64,000 nt of DNA from Eledone cirrhosa (GCA_964016885.1 OZ024741.1:77810001-77874000), one strand, 5' to 3'. Positions 1 through 12,467 are shown, counted from the first letter of the stretch. A program made the numbers and translations. Notes: a model not told the origin generated them from the sequence alone.

Positions 1-54
1 GCCAAAGTAGAAACAATTATTTTTATTCATTTTATCATTATCCATGTGGACACC

Positions 55-215
55 TGCATAGCTGAGTGGTTAAAAAGTTCACTTTGCTATCATAAGGTCC
101 TGTGTTTGATTTCACTGCAAGGTATCTTAGGCAAGTATCTTTTAGTATAGCTTCAAGCCATCCCAAGCCTTGTAAGTGAAATTGAGTAAAAGGAAACTCT
201 TTAGAAGCCTGTTGG
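55..215 (+). mobile_element. Degenerate tRNA-derived SINE (related copies about 22415-22555 and 26755-26870)
   Basis: A-box-like tagctgagtggtt, then cttaggcaagtatcttttagtatagc...agccttgtaagtgaa; the same pattern recurs at 22.4 and 26.8 kb. Confidence 0.55.
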
Positions 216-787
216 ATTGAGTGTACTTGTAATTAAAATCCAGTTTTGTCACATATTGTATCATACTGATAGGTACTCGTGTCTGTGAAATACTCAGCTA
301 TTTACATGTTAATTTAACGCATAGGACATTCAGTTGATCAAACCACTGAATGTCCTACTTTCAAAACCATCATTTGTTAAACAAAGTGGGTGCGTTGGGC
401 AGAAATCTATCAATCAATTAGTCAGGTCAATTAAATCTTAACTATACTTTTTGCCCCTAACTTGTGTTCCATGAGAGAGCCTCTCCTTCGTTACACATTC
501 TACCAGAAATAGTAACCAAAACCCCCTCAAATTACAAACCAGTATCTTGAAAATGGAAAGCAGACATTAGATAATGTAGTTTTATATTACACTATATGTG
601 AGAAAATAGAATGGATGGTGATAGTTAGAACATCATTGATCAGTCCACTCTGTCAGGACTAAACAACAGTCACTAGTCATGAGCCAAGGATGATTTCTAC
701 AACTGATGGTGCTATTCTACCCTTACAAATTTCTTAATTTGAAATGTGTAGTAGACCAGCTTCTTAAGACTTTCTTCTTACTTGCAG

Positions 788-889
788 GCTGTCCAGGATT
801 CGGCCTTACACTCCGTATCCTATACTATGTCGAGAAACCAGGCTGTGGTTGTCGAATATAAGTCCGATCCTGACACGGATATGTTTCAG
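788..889 (+). CDS. PELI: Pellino coding exon (first in window; gene is 5'-incomplete)
   Basis: ttgcag acceptor and gtaaag donor; 102 nt, phase 0/0; AVQDSALHSVSYTMSRNQAVVVEYKSDPDTDMFQ matches the Pellino HSISYTLSR...VVVEY..D..TDMFQ segment. Not in the ORF track. Confidence 0.95.
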
Positions 890-1736
890 GTAAAGTACAT
901 CTGATATTGTTATCAATTATTATTATTTTACTGTTTTTGAATTCCACCAGTCTTTGCATGTTGTCATGACCTGGACAGATCAGTAAAACATTTCATCTTG
1001 TGTCTCCTATTCACTTCCCCACCCAGTTATCTCTTTAAAAAAAGGAAAAAGAAATAATCCAAAATTTGTATTCATAATGCAAATCCCTGATAATAAGCAA
1101 CTCATTTAAGCACATCAATAATAACCTGACAAGATTGTATTATTCCCTCAATATGATTTAATCCTATCTTTTATACAATATTATCTTAGACTGTATTAAC
1201 ATTACTTGACAACCAAGCAGGATGTGGTGTTCATAAAAATATTTTTATCTTGGTGTAGAGTGGTGGTGTTAAGAAATGTTGGAGCACTAAATTCTATGTT
1301 CTGGAGCATTTAATTTTGTTGCTCCATATTCTAATTTCAGATAGGTGTATTAATCGGCAGTCATTAGTTTTTTGTTTTGTTTAACATCCATTTTCCACAC
1401 TAGCATGGATGTTACTTATTTTGGCTCTCTGTGGTCTGAATTCAAATCTTGCCTCAGTCAACTTTGCCTTCCATCCCTTCAGGGTCAATAAAATAAATTG
1501 CCAGTGAATTGTAGTGAACTGACGGAAATGTTAGAGCATTGGTATGAGATGCCTTGTGGTATTTGTGTTTCACCTCTTTATAGTGAATTCAAGTCCTACT
1601 GATTCCTACTTTGTTGGTAGAATTAATCTATCCCTCCAGTTTAACACCACCACCCAGTTCTTGGGCAACTTTAACATCTTTCATATGTATCACATGTCCA
1701 CATCCCTGCCAGTTGAGTGCAAATTTTCAGGAAGGT

Positions 1737-2702
1737 GCATATATTAATGACATGACATAGATGCCAACTTAAAGATTGCCATAGTGCTGAAATATGCAGA
1801 TGACATCAAGCTGTACCTTGAGATAAAAAGGACAGATCCTGAACACTATAGATCTTTCCTGCGATCAGACCTGGACACAATACAGCAATGGACCACGGAC
1901 TAGCAACTCAAGCTGACTGTAGACAAGGGTAACACCATGCATTTTGGGAGGTAAAACGCAGCGTCCACATACTCTCTCCACAACACTAATATCAAGAAGT
2001 CTTCTTGAGAACGTGACCTGGGCATTACTGTCAACAGCAATTTGCATTGGCAAGACATTTGTCAGCCGCTCTCCAGCTATCTATTTAAAGCTGTATATAG
2101 CTATGGTGTGGCCACACTTAGAATTTGCATCACCAGTCTGGAACCCCTATCTTGCTCAGAACATTGATCTCCTGGAAACTGTTCAGAGAAGTGCAACCAA
2201 GCGAATACCTTCCATCAGGCATCTACCATACTCTAAATACCTTGCTTCCCTGGGCATGGATATATTGAAGCTCTGACGTCTAACAACTGACTTGGCAAAC
2301 ACCCACAAAATTATTAACCATCTTGCCAACAACCCTGAGCACCTTTTTGAATTCCATGTGTCTAACACAAGTGGGCATGCCCACAAAGTCAGAAAACAGC
2401 ACAGGTCCCATGACTTTCGGAAACATTTTTTCACGTTCAGAGTTGCTGAAGCATGGAACAAACTATCTTCACCAGTTGTTAGCTGCCGAGACACTGCATC
2501 CTTTAAAACCTCCATGCTTTCTGAAATTCGCCAACACTACACCTGATATCCCCTCTCTGTACACACACTCACATGTATATCATGACTCATACACTTTCCT
2601 GACATTTGTACATTATTCTATGTACTATACATGCACCTTTGATGAGTTGTAGTGTACATGAGCACTGTACACAATCATTTCATTATTATTATTATTATTA
2701 TT
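1737..2702 (+). mobile_element. 5'-truncated CR1-clade LINE with stops and a ~56-bp internal deletion
   Basis: KYADDIK, RPHLEFASPVWNP-like and FFTFRVAEAWNKL segments; (ATT)n tail; homologous to 8352-9455. Confidence 0.9.
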
Positions 2703-2905
2703 ACTAATTAATTCTCGAACTTTCCACATCTCTAGTTGCAGGAAGAATGAACTTTTTTGTGCCCCTTCTCCTTCTTTGGAAATAAGCTGTGATGGACTAG
2801 TGCCCTAAACAATAGTAGATTTATCTTTCCTTTGCTTAACTCTTAATGTCCTGTACCACATGAAACCACATTAACAAGATATTGTTGAAAAGTATAAAGC
2901 TGCAC

Positions 2906-3041
2906 TGAGTACAACTAATTCACAGTAGTAAGAAGTTATAAGGCTTTATTCCAATCTTCATTGACAATACAAAATTATGGACACTTGTAATTTGTGTTGC
3001 CAGATTCAGCTGATTGGTTGACTGAAACAAATTTCATAATA
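2906..3041 (-). repeat. 3' LTR (136 bp)
   Basis: Direct repeat of 5180-5353 lacking 5282-5320; preceded by the PPT. Confidence 0.88.
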
Positions 3042-3582
3042 TTTTCCCTTTGTTTCAAGAAAGTTCTACATATAGTATGTCAATCACAAATCGAGTCTTT
3101 TAGGATGTTTAATGATTCAACCAGAATGAGTGTGAATTTCACTAGGGACCTATGCGCCTTGAATTGATTTAAATTTGTTTGATTCTGGATTAATTTCTTT
3201 GTCTAGACATTTGTAGATCGACGTCGCCTGGCAGTTCAGTAGTAAGAGATGCATCAGTTTTCTGAAATAACATCTTCAGAGACCTTGGGGTTATTGACAG
3301 AGTGGTCTTCGTGTTGTTGGTAACCAAACCTGTCTAGATTATTCTCTTCTACCTGCATTTGATGATCTGTTGTTAAAGGAGCAATATCTCTAGTCAATAT
3401 AGTTTTCACTGTTCCCCTGCTGTTTTTCCCTTCCTTGTACAATGAAACACTGAGCACGCCAAGGACTTTGACTCTGTTATGAGTTATGATTCCATCGTTA
3501 AGTAGGCGATATATTTCTTTAGCTATAAATGGGTCGATTGTTATGCGTTGAGAAGGTATAGCAATTGGCTTCAGTTTATTAA

Positions 3583-3785
3583 CCCTTTAGCATTTAAACC
3601 AGCTGTATCTGGCCAGAATTCTCTCACCTCTTTCTGTTCAAACTGGTTGTAACTGGTCACTCATAATGGTTTTAAGGTATTGTTCTCAAAATAAATAATA
3701 TCAGAACCTCATAGATTCAATATTATGTGAGATAAAGCCTTTACTACAAAAATACAATAGTAAATATAATGTAAATGTTAAAGGG
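3583..3785. mobile_element. piggyBac-type MITE
   Basis: CCCTTTAGCATTTA...TAAATGTTAAAGGG terminal inverted repeats with TTAA on both sides; removing it restores the pol frame GVDINKLKPIA. Confidence 0.9.
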
Positions 3786-4834
3786 TTAATGTCTACTCCT
3801 GGAATGAGGTATTTCTTGTAGGTCATTGCAGAGAGAGCGAGACAGTAGGTTATTTGTGGCTTTAATCCCCCTATTTGAAAAGATACCAATGAGTGAGCAT
3901 GGAGAATATCTACGCCTATTATCAAAAGCATCACAAGAGATTTAATCACAAATAAATTTGCTGAATATAGTATATTGTTACAGGTAATTTGACAATGTGT
4001 TTTACCTGAGACGTGAACTTTTGATTTGTCTGCCTTAGAGATAATACTTCGATAAAGTTGGATACTGAGGTTACATTTTAATGCCATGTCTTTGGTAATG
4101 AATGAGAGATCAGATCTTGTATTGAATAGCATGTCCATTTATATGTGATATTATTTTATTTTGGTTATCTTTGCTACAAACTGGAGATAGTATTGAATCT
4201 AAAGTACCATCTTTAGTTGAGTTATTGATGGGCGGTAAAGCTATAATTTTCTGCTTAGAGTTTGATTTGTTTTTGGCTAAGCATACAGATTATAGCAATT
4301 GCTGCAGATTGAATCTTTTGCAGGACATCTTGTACATTCATGCCTTCGCCCTCCACAAAAGAAGCATTTGCCAGTATTGTTAGATAGTTGATATCAATGG
4401 TTGCACTGAAGCTAAAGATGGCTAATTTTTGTAGTCGATTAGTGATTCAGCGTTACCAAAACCTTGAGTCTTTAAATGCTAACTCAAGTGTAAGAGCCTG
4501 TTTATGAATGTGTGAGAGCCTTTCATCAGTTGATTCTGATAATCTTTGCCTTATTAGTGGGGATAATAATCCATAATTGAAGGCACCACCAACAAGCATA
4601 TGATGTTGATTAGCAGTCAATGGTCCAGTTGGACATTTTCTTGCTAAATTTTTTAGTTCAGTCATGAAGTTGTCAACTGATTCACCTTCCATTTGCTTTT
4701 GTGTTCTTAATTTGTGATGCATCATTATGGCTGTAGGTTGCTTATTAAATTTGTCATCTAGTATGGCAATGGCTTGTTGTAATTCACACAATCTTGAATG
4801 TAAACAAAAGCTGTGTGGCTAAATAACAAATAAT

Positions 4835-5010
4835 TGTTTCTACTTTAGGCACAAGGCCAGCAAATACCCAGTGCATTACTGGTACTTTATTTTATCGACC
4901 CCGTAAGGATGAAAGGCAAAGTCAACCTCGGCGGGAATTGAACTCAGATCGTAAAGGGACGTAACTATGCTGGAAAGCATGGCGTCCGACCCTCTACTGA
5001 TACTGCCATA
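4835..5010 (-). mobile_element. tRNA-derived SINE inserted into gag
   Basis: 19-bp TSD tggctaaataacaaataat (4816-4834, 5011-5029); A box TGGCAGTATCAGTAGAG, B box GAGTTCAATTCCC, central GCCTTTCATCCTTACGGGGTCGATAAA domain. Confidence 0.9.
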
Positions 5011-5179
5011 TGGCTAAATAACAAATAATACTGAGAGTTTAGCCTCTTCTGATATTTCAGCTTTTTTCATGTCAATCTCAAGCATTCGCTTCCGGTAAAG
5101 ATACTCTTCCTTTGGTTGGATTTTCACTGAGAGTCTTTAGAAGAATTTAGCATCCATGTCAATGAAGATTGGAATAAAT

Positions 5180-5353
5180 TGAGCACGACTAATTCACAGG
5201 AGTAAGAAGATATAAGGCTTTATTCAATCTTCATTGACAATACAAAATTATGGACACTTGCAATTTGTGTTGCCAGATTCACCCATAACTAAGTAGTCTG
5301 GACCAACTAACTTGGTGGCAGCTGATTGGTTGATTCAAACAAATTTCATAACA
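5180..5353 (-). repeat. 5' LTR (174 bp)
   Basis: About 8 substitutions, a 1-nt indel and a 39-bp indel relative to 2906-3041; CCAAT box and AATAAA on the minus strand. Confidence 0.88.
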
Positions 5354-6318
5354 AGCACTATGACTGCATCATATTAAAAGTTTGTCTCTAATACTTTAAT
5401 ACTTTAGATTTTTACAGTGATCTTCCCACTAGTAAAGATACTATAAGCAGTAGAAATAATAAAATCAGTTTTTAGTTTTTTTTTTGCTCTAATCATTACA
5501 GTATGTTAAAAATTAATATTACAGAACCCTAGATTTAAAAAAACGTTAGTTCTATGAATTAACCGTATGGTAACAGATTTTCTCTCAAAGGACACACTTG
5601 TTAAAAAAAGAAAAATAGTTATGCCTGAATGGGATGGTCACAGTTGAAAAGACAGCTTGATCAAAGCTAACCTGTGGCTAAACAGTACACAAATGCTACA
5701 GAAATCAGTTAAACTAGCAGTGAGCAATGATGTGTATTTTAAGGTATATGGTCTTTGATTTACTGGATGAAAGACTGATGAAAAAAGCCTCAAGTTGTTC
5801 ATAAAGTAAAAAAACAATTTATTTGCTAGTTTTCATTTATTTCAGTCACCATCACCTTGAGCTTAAGTTGCTGAATTAATGACTACATGGTTCATTTCTT
5901 CATATTTTACTCATTATTTCATCTTCGAGAGCACAACTCTTTCTCTCTCTCTCTCTCTCTCTCACACTCTCTCTTTTATTTCATGTTTAAATAGTTTGTA
6001 CAGAGAACATATTCAGATATTATTGTTTTAACTTAATTCTATGTTCATCATGACTGAGCAGATCTATTATCAAAGATATTCGATCTGTGACCATCCTAAC
6101 TTTCAATCAGACAGTTTCTATAACTACATTACGCATTATATCCTTCCATTTATAAGATTAAAAGGAGATTGGCAGCTATTTCTGGCAGGTTGAGTGATGA
6201 AATTGAGGTTTAATGTCCACATGGTATAACAAATACTCCAACACCCATATAAGATTGTCTCAGATTTAGATAAATGAATGTAAAGCAAGATAGATGTATA
6301 TATATTTATTTATTCCAG

Positions 6319-6516
6319 ATTGGTCGCTCAGGGGAGAGCCCTATCGACTTCATTGTCATGGATACGGTTCCTGCAAACCAAAGACGTTACAATGGGGAGG
6401 TAACTCAAAGTACTATATCGCGATTTGCATGTCGGATTTTAGTGGAAAGAAACCCGCCGTACACTTCCAGAATATTTGCTGCTGGTTTTGATGGTGCACG
6501 CAACATATTCCTTGGG
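6319..6516 (+). CDS. PELI: Pellino coding exon (FHA core)
   Basis: ttccag/gtcagt; 198 nt; IGRSGESPIDFIVMDTVP...QSTISRFACRI...RIFAAGFDGARNIFLG, including the FHA GR and SR motifs. Confidence 0.97.
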
Positions 6517-6589
6517 GTCAGTATTAAAAACCTTTCTTTTTTGTTATTGTTTTAATTACATACTTATGTGGTGTATCTGCATTATACAT

Positions 6590-7212
6590 ATAAAGAGATG
6601 TAGAAAAATCTCAGTGGATTGGACTTGTGGAAGAGGTAGACCTAGGAAGACATGGGATGTAGAAATAAAAGCCAGCCTTAGGAAGTGGTCAGAGATAACA
6701 AAGGACTACAAAGATTGGCGATATGAAGTACTGGAGAAGATTCACTTAACAGTATAAAAACAAGTTATCTCCTTATATCCCTCACCTCTATACTCCCTAC
6801 CATCACTCTACCCACCTATGACACCATACTTTTTCACCCCTTTTCTCCCTCACATAACTTTGCTTATGCATTCATGACATACTTGTCATCCTCTCATATC
6901 CCCCACATAATATCACATCACTGACACAACTTCTCTAATGTTGGTTACGAGAAAAATGCACCAAGTACACAATGTAAAGTGGTTGGTCTTAGAAAGGGCA
7001 ACCATCCATCAAAAACTTGCCAGACATAAGGTCAAGGACTTGACAACTTCTCTAGTGCTGGTGCCATGATAAAATGCACCCAGTACACTCTGTACATTGC
7101 AGGAACCTATGTAAATAAGGAGTCAGTGATTCTGATCAAATACTGATTTGGCCTGTGATGACCTGTTCAGCTCATGCCTGTATGGAAGAATGGATTTTAA
7201 ATGATAATGGTG
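6590..7212 (+). mobile_element. Degenerate RTE LINE 3' remnant
   Basis: IKRCRKISVDWTCGRGRPRKTW..., then an RTE-family tail ending in a degenerate (GAT)n. Confidence 0.65.
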
Positions 7213-7610
7213 ATATATATATAACATTCATTTCTGTCTCAACTTGATTTGAGGAAATAAAGCATTGTTGAAGTACTTGAGTCAATAAACACAACTGTTA
7301 CCCTCCCTCAAATTTTTAATGTCTGTTCGAAACATTTATTGATATTGTTGGTGGTGGTGGTGTTGGTAGTAGAAGAATGCCAGTCTCTAAATATCATACA
7401 GTATTTACTTATATCTCTTTACATTCCATGTTCAAAATCTGATATGGTTAACTTTGCTTGATTCCAGCAGTTTTGTAAATATTTAAAAAATGTTATGTTT
7501 TTAATGAGTTCATTGTGGTATAAGATATCTTCTTTGATATATATTAGCAAAATAAAAAGCCACTTGGAAAATTAGTGTTTTCTTAACTCTTGTTTTGCTA
7601 TGTTTTTCAG

Positions 7611-7796
7611 GAGAAGGCTGTTAAATGGCACTCAGGCGAAGAGATTGACGGGCTAACGACAAATGGTGTTTTTATTATGAGCCCAACGGAAGGGTTCACA
7701 CCTGCTTCCAAGCCTGGCACATGGTATGAAGTGTCAGTTGGTGGAGGTATTTACAGTGCTAGGAACTCAAGAGCAGACCCACTAAAAAGTCATCAG
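7611..7796 (+). CDS. PELI: Pellino coding exon (FHA TTNG motif)
   Basis: tttcag/gtaaga; 186 nt; EKAVKWHSGEEIDGLTTNGVFIMSP...WYEVSVGGGIYSARNSRADPLKSHQ. Confidence 0.97.
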
Positions 7797-8351
7797 GTAA
7801 GACATTCTGTCGGGTTCTTATATCAACACATGCACACACACACATGTACGCGTTATTTTTGGTTAGTTACAGGCCAGCTTTGATTAATCATGCATGATCA
7901 AAGACATTTTAGCTCTGGCTATTTGCTTTTGCATGGATCAACAGTAACAACAAGTTTGCAACTGAAGGTATTTGGATGATAGGTCTAGCACATTGCAAAA
8001 ATGTAAACATAACTGTTGGAAACATTTGGATTAAGAATTCATTCCCACAATTTCTCTACCTTGCAGATATTCAAGCTACACATCAGATCCCTCAATCATA
8101 CCTACAAGGGAGAGCTTGCAATACTAATGGGCATTGTCCCTCTTTCCCTGATTAACTTCATCATCATTTTACGTCCACTTTTCCCTGCTTGTGAATAAAG
8201 GGTGTTGAGTTATGAAAGCTCTTGAAGCAAGTTGTAGCTCTAAAATTGCAGTGTGTAGACCCATTGATCTGATACTCATCAGTCCATTGACCAACTATGA
8301 GTAAATGAATTATGGCAGCTATGGAACTATGGAGGTGATACTGACAATCAG

Positions 8352-9455
8352 TTTAAACTGGTTGAAGTCCTTCATTCTCAGTCGAAGAGAGGTAGTCACG
8401 GTTCTGGGACAGCATTCCTCACCATATGAGATGTCATCTGGTGTACCACAGGGATCTGTTCTTGCCCCCCTTTTGTTTGTGGCATATATTAATGACATAG
8501 ATGCCAACTTAAGGAATGCCACAGTACTAAAGTACGCAGACGACATCAAGCTGTACCTTGAGATAAAAAGGACAGATCCTGAACACTATAGATCTTGCTT
8601 GCAGTCTGACCTGGACACAATGCAACAGTGGATCTCAGACTGGCAACTCAAGCTAGCTGTGGACAAGTGCACCACCATGCATTTTGGGAGTAAAAACCCA
8701 GCATCCACATACTCCCTCCACAGCACTAATATCAAGAAGTCTTCCTGTGAACGTGACCTGGGCATTACGGTCAGCAGCGATTTGTGTTGGACGAGGCACG
8801 TCTCTAAAATTGTCAAGAGGGCCGAGGGTGTCTTAGCATCACTCAGCAAGACCTTTGTCAGCCGCTCTCCAGATATCTATTTAAGGCTGTATACAGCTAT
8901 GGTGCGACCACACTTAGAATTTGCATCACCAGTCTGGAACCCCTATCTTGCTCAGGACATTGACCGCCTGGAAACTGTTCAGAGACGTGCAACCAAGCGA
9001 ATACCCTCCATCAGGCATCTACCATACTCTGAGCGCCTTGCTTCTCTGGGCATGGATTCATTGAAGCTCCGACGCCTGGCAACTGACTTGGTAAACACCC
9101 ACAAAATTGTTAACCATGTTGCCAACAACAACCCTGAGTACCTTTTCGATTTCCATGTGTCTAACACACGTGGACATGCCCACAAAGTAAGAAAACAGCA
9201 CAGTTCCCATGACTTTCGGAAACATTTTTTCACGCTCAGAGTTGCTGAAGCATGGAACAAACTACCTGCATCAGTTGTTAGCTGTCGAGACACTGCATCC
9301 TTTAAGGCCTCCATGCTTCCCGAGATCCGCCAACAGAACAGCTAACACATACACACATGTACTTCCCTGACATTTGTGTATTATTCTATGTACTATATTG
9401 ACGAGTTGTAGTGCACCTGAGCACTTTACACAATAATTTCATTATTATTATTATT
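8352..9455 (+). mobile_element. 5'-truncated CR1-clade LINE with an uninterrupted ~330-codon RT C-terminal half
   Basis: ORF 8305-9345: SGVPQGSVL, YADD, TRGH...RKHFFTLRVAEAWNKLP; (ATT)n tail. Confidence 0.95.
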
Positions 9456-9519
9456 GATCCTGTGTCATCACCTTTGAGAAGTGCAATTGTGCAATATCAA
9501 CTTTTATCATCTCATCCCA

Positions 9520-9830
9520 AGTCTTCCTAGGTTTTCTGTCAACTTTGAGCACCTTGCACCTTTTTATACAGTTGTCACCCTTCATACACATCACATGGCC
9601 ATATCAATGCAATTTCTTGCCCTGCCCACTGTATCTGATCCCTCTAGTGCCCAGTTTCTCTCTCAGTTCATTTATGTTTTGCCATACATGTATATTACTA
9701 TTACACATCCATCAGAGAGTGCAGGCTTCATTTTTTCCCAATCTTCACAGGTCCTCTGCACATAGCTCTCAGGTTTCACTACCCTTCAACATTGCTGTTT
9801 ATATTCATTCATCATACAATCTGCCCTTCA
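9520..9830 (-). mobile_element. RTE LINE fragment
   Basis: Reverse complement matches the SETW...RLERNEA...WYGHV region of 13786-14235. Confidence 0.7.
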
Positions 9831-9951
9831 GATATCATCATCATCATCATCATAATCATCGTCTAGCATCCATCTTCCATGCTAGCATGGGTTAGATGGT
9901 TTTGTTCCACTTGATGCAGGATTGATCGGGAGACCATGTCTCGCTTGTACA

Positions 9952-11667
9952 GAAGTCATTCTTTTCCTTTTTTTAAATATATGTATATTTAAAAAAAGGA
10001 AAAGAGTGACTTCACTTGTAGTTCTAAACAATTTAATTTAATTTTATATGATTTTACAATTTGGTTTTGTATATCTAGTAAGTTTTTTGTTGACTTCGGT
10101 GGGTGGATTTTAAAAAATTCCTGGTTAACTTTCTTGGAGAACTTTCTCGCATTCGTCAAACTGATCTCAGGTTGTGTTGTGATGTGTGACCCTATATATG
10201 AGATATGAATGTGTGTGTGTGTGGGGGGGGGGGGGGGGGGTTTAAGTGTGGGAGTGAAGGAATGTTGAAGATTTAAAGGAATTAAAGCATATATATCATC
10301 ATCATCATCATCATCAACGTTTAACGTCCGTGTTCCACGCTTGCATGGGTTTGGACGGGGGTAGTCCCACTTGAGGCAAGAGTGATTGTCTTGCTCGCAT
10401 AGGACTGTCTGGCAGGTTTTCTACAGTTGGATGCCCTTCCTAACACCAACCACATTTACAGTGTGGGTCTGGGAGGTTTTTACCGTGTTGCCTACACGGC
10501 CACATTACAGCGTGGACTGTGTGTTTTTTTGTCGTGACACCTACACGATCTCATTTGTTTCGGCCTCGATGGCGCGGCACCAACATAACTTTACATAGAA
10601 CGGGGTGGTGTGGATGGGGTGGGGGTGGTGGTGGTGGGACGGGGTGTATTTTGTTAGAGATGCCTACTGGCTGGAGTAGGTTTTACTATATATTTAGGTA
10701 AGGCGGGTCTTCTCTGTTACTGAGTACCGCCAAAGGTCTCGGTCCAGTGACATTGTCTTGGAGAGGTGTAAGTGTGTGATGTCGGAGTTTATCAGCTCGT
10801 CCCAGGTTTTTCTAGGTCTGCCTATTCCGTGACTACCGTCTATCTTTATTGCCCTGCACTTTGTTATACAGCTATCGACTTTCATGCGCATCACGTGTCC
10901 ATACCAACGTAGCCTTCTCTCGAGTAAACAACATCTGATCCCTCTTATCTCTAATTTTTTCCTTAGTTCGTTTATGCTTTGCCGTTCACGTATATATATA
11001 TTTATATATATATATACAGAAAATAGTGAATGGTAACAGCAAGATAATTGATTGGGAGTGGAGGTGTTGGGATGTTTAAGGTGTGTTTAAGAAAGGGGTT
11101 GTAAAAGTGCCCTCCTGCTGGAATGGCAGGATGTTTTTCAAATTCTTTTCTTATAGCTGAATCAACTATCTTAAATTTATAAAGAATATCTTCAACAATT
11201 TTCTATATTAAAGATGAATTTGGGTGTGCGTCTGGTGGTGGGGGTTTAATGACGTGTAAGATACACGCACACCAATACTTGAATATCCGATCAGCACCCC
11301 CCCTCATATACCAAAAGGAACATTCCCTTTAACATGGCAAGACACATTTGGACCATAGCAACACACACACCCCACACTACAATAAAAACGATTATATGAA
11401 CTAAAAGAGTTCCTTAAACGACAAGAATATCCGGTGAACCTCATCAATACAACCTGAGATCAGTTTGACAATCGCCACCGACAAATGTTAGCCGGGAAAG
11501 TTCTCCAGGAAAGTTAACCAGAAATCTTTAAAAATCTCCCAGCCGAAGTTAACAAAGAACTTACTAGATATACAAAACCAAATTATAAAATCATATTATA
11601 TTATAAAATTGAATTAAATTGTTTAGAACTACAAGTGAAGTCATTCTTTTTCTTTTTTTAAATATAC
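9952..11667. mobile_element. Penelope-like remnants in inverted arrangement
   Basis: 9983-10179 is an inverted copy of 11445-11667; 11262-11450 (+) reads THQYLNIRSAPPSYTKRNIPFNMAR...RLYELKEFLKRQEYP, like a PLE RT C-terminus. Confidence 0.6.
10295..10991 (-). mobile_element. RTE LINE 3' fragment
   Basis: MRMKVDSCITKCR...GRPRKTWDELI; 3' UTR and (GAT)n tail on the minus strand. Confidence 0.85.
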
Positions 11668-11691
11668 CATATATATATATATATATATATA

Positions 11692-11937
11692 TATAAAGAA
11701 TTCGAAGTTTGAAAGCCACAACAATGTGGGTTTTGACAGAAAATAATAAAATCGTAAGAAACGGGTTGTTTTTTTACCTTAATTTATTCTTATATCCTGA
11801 TATTTCGAGATTAATATCTCTTCTTTCGAGGAAAATAAAGAAACTATTCCAGTGTCCGATGTGGCTTGCTCGGAAGAAGAGATATTAATCTGTCCAAACC
11901 TGCATTGTCTTGGCTTTCACACTTCAAATTCTTTATA
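11692..11937. repeat. Fold-back element with ~48-bp terminal inverted repeats
   Basis: 11692-11739 pairs with 11890-11937; starts at a (TA)n tract; contains a degenerate hammerhead-like motif at 11795-11832 (-). Confidence 0.6.
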
Positions 11938-12467
11938 CCATATACAATGCTTCAAGTAAACTACAAATTCCTTATATATATATATGATTAAAATAACCAG
12001 GATTAAATTAAATTAAATCATTTGATTGATGAATGTTTTGATTAACATAACAGGAATATTCATTCCTGCTATACTTATCCCATCACATTTGTGCTTTGAA
12101 ATATTCTTTGCCTTTATATGGTTGTATTGTGAACTTATCTAAACTCTTATGTATATATATAACCTATTATACTAAAACTCCGGATGATACCTTATGGAGA
12201 AAATCCTTAGGAACACAAATGGCGAGTACTTCACGTCCGTTTAAGAAAAAGTCAGCAGATTTTGATCAACCAACTTTCTTCAACTGAATAATATGGATGG
12301 ACATGCATGGCCAGCGACATATCACAATGATTGCATAACTGCACCAATGATTGTGTAAACACCTGACAAAGTCACATGAATAATCATGTAACAGAAATAT
12401 ATATAATACAATAAACAATTATGGTGATTTAATTCCATCTTAACTACCATTATTTGAGATATATTCA

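Larger units (their letters stand above)
3254..5157 (-). pseudogene. Disrupted gag-pol of the Gypsy element
   Basis: ATG at 5157; gag KLRTQKQMEGESVDNFMTELKNLARKC...IRQRL; zinc knuckle CFFCGGRRHECTRC; degenerate protease (LFNTRSDLSFI); RT start SPWRAQ joined near 3420 to an integrase-tail-like TVKTILTRDIAP. Confidence 0.8.
2906..5353 (-). mobile_element. Internally deleted Ty3/Gypsy LTR retrotransposon
   Basis: Direct LTRs 5180-5353 (TG...CA on minus) and 2906-3041; polypurine tract GAAACAAAGGGAAAA abutting the 3' LTR; 5-bp TSD tgcac/agcac (1 mismatch); gag, protease, RT start and integrase end between the LTRs. Confidence 0.9.

Noticed and set aside
8319-9314. Antisense ORFs over CR1 copies (also 2183-2515, 48617-49228)
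   Set aside because: They shadow the RT reading frame and show no independent protein features.
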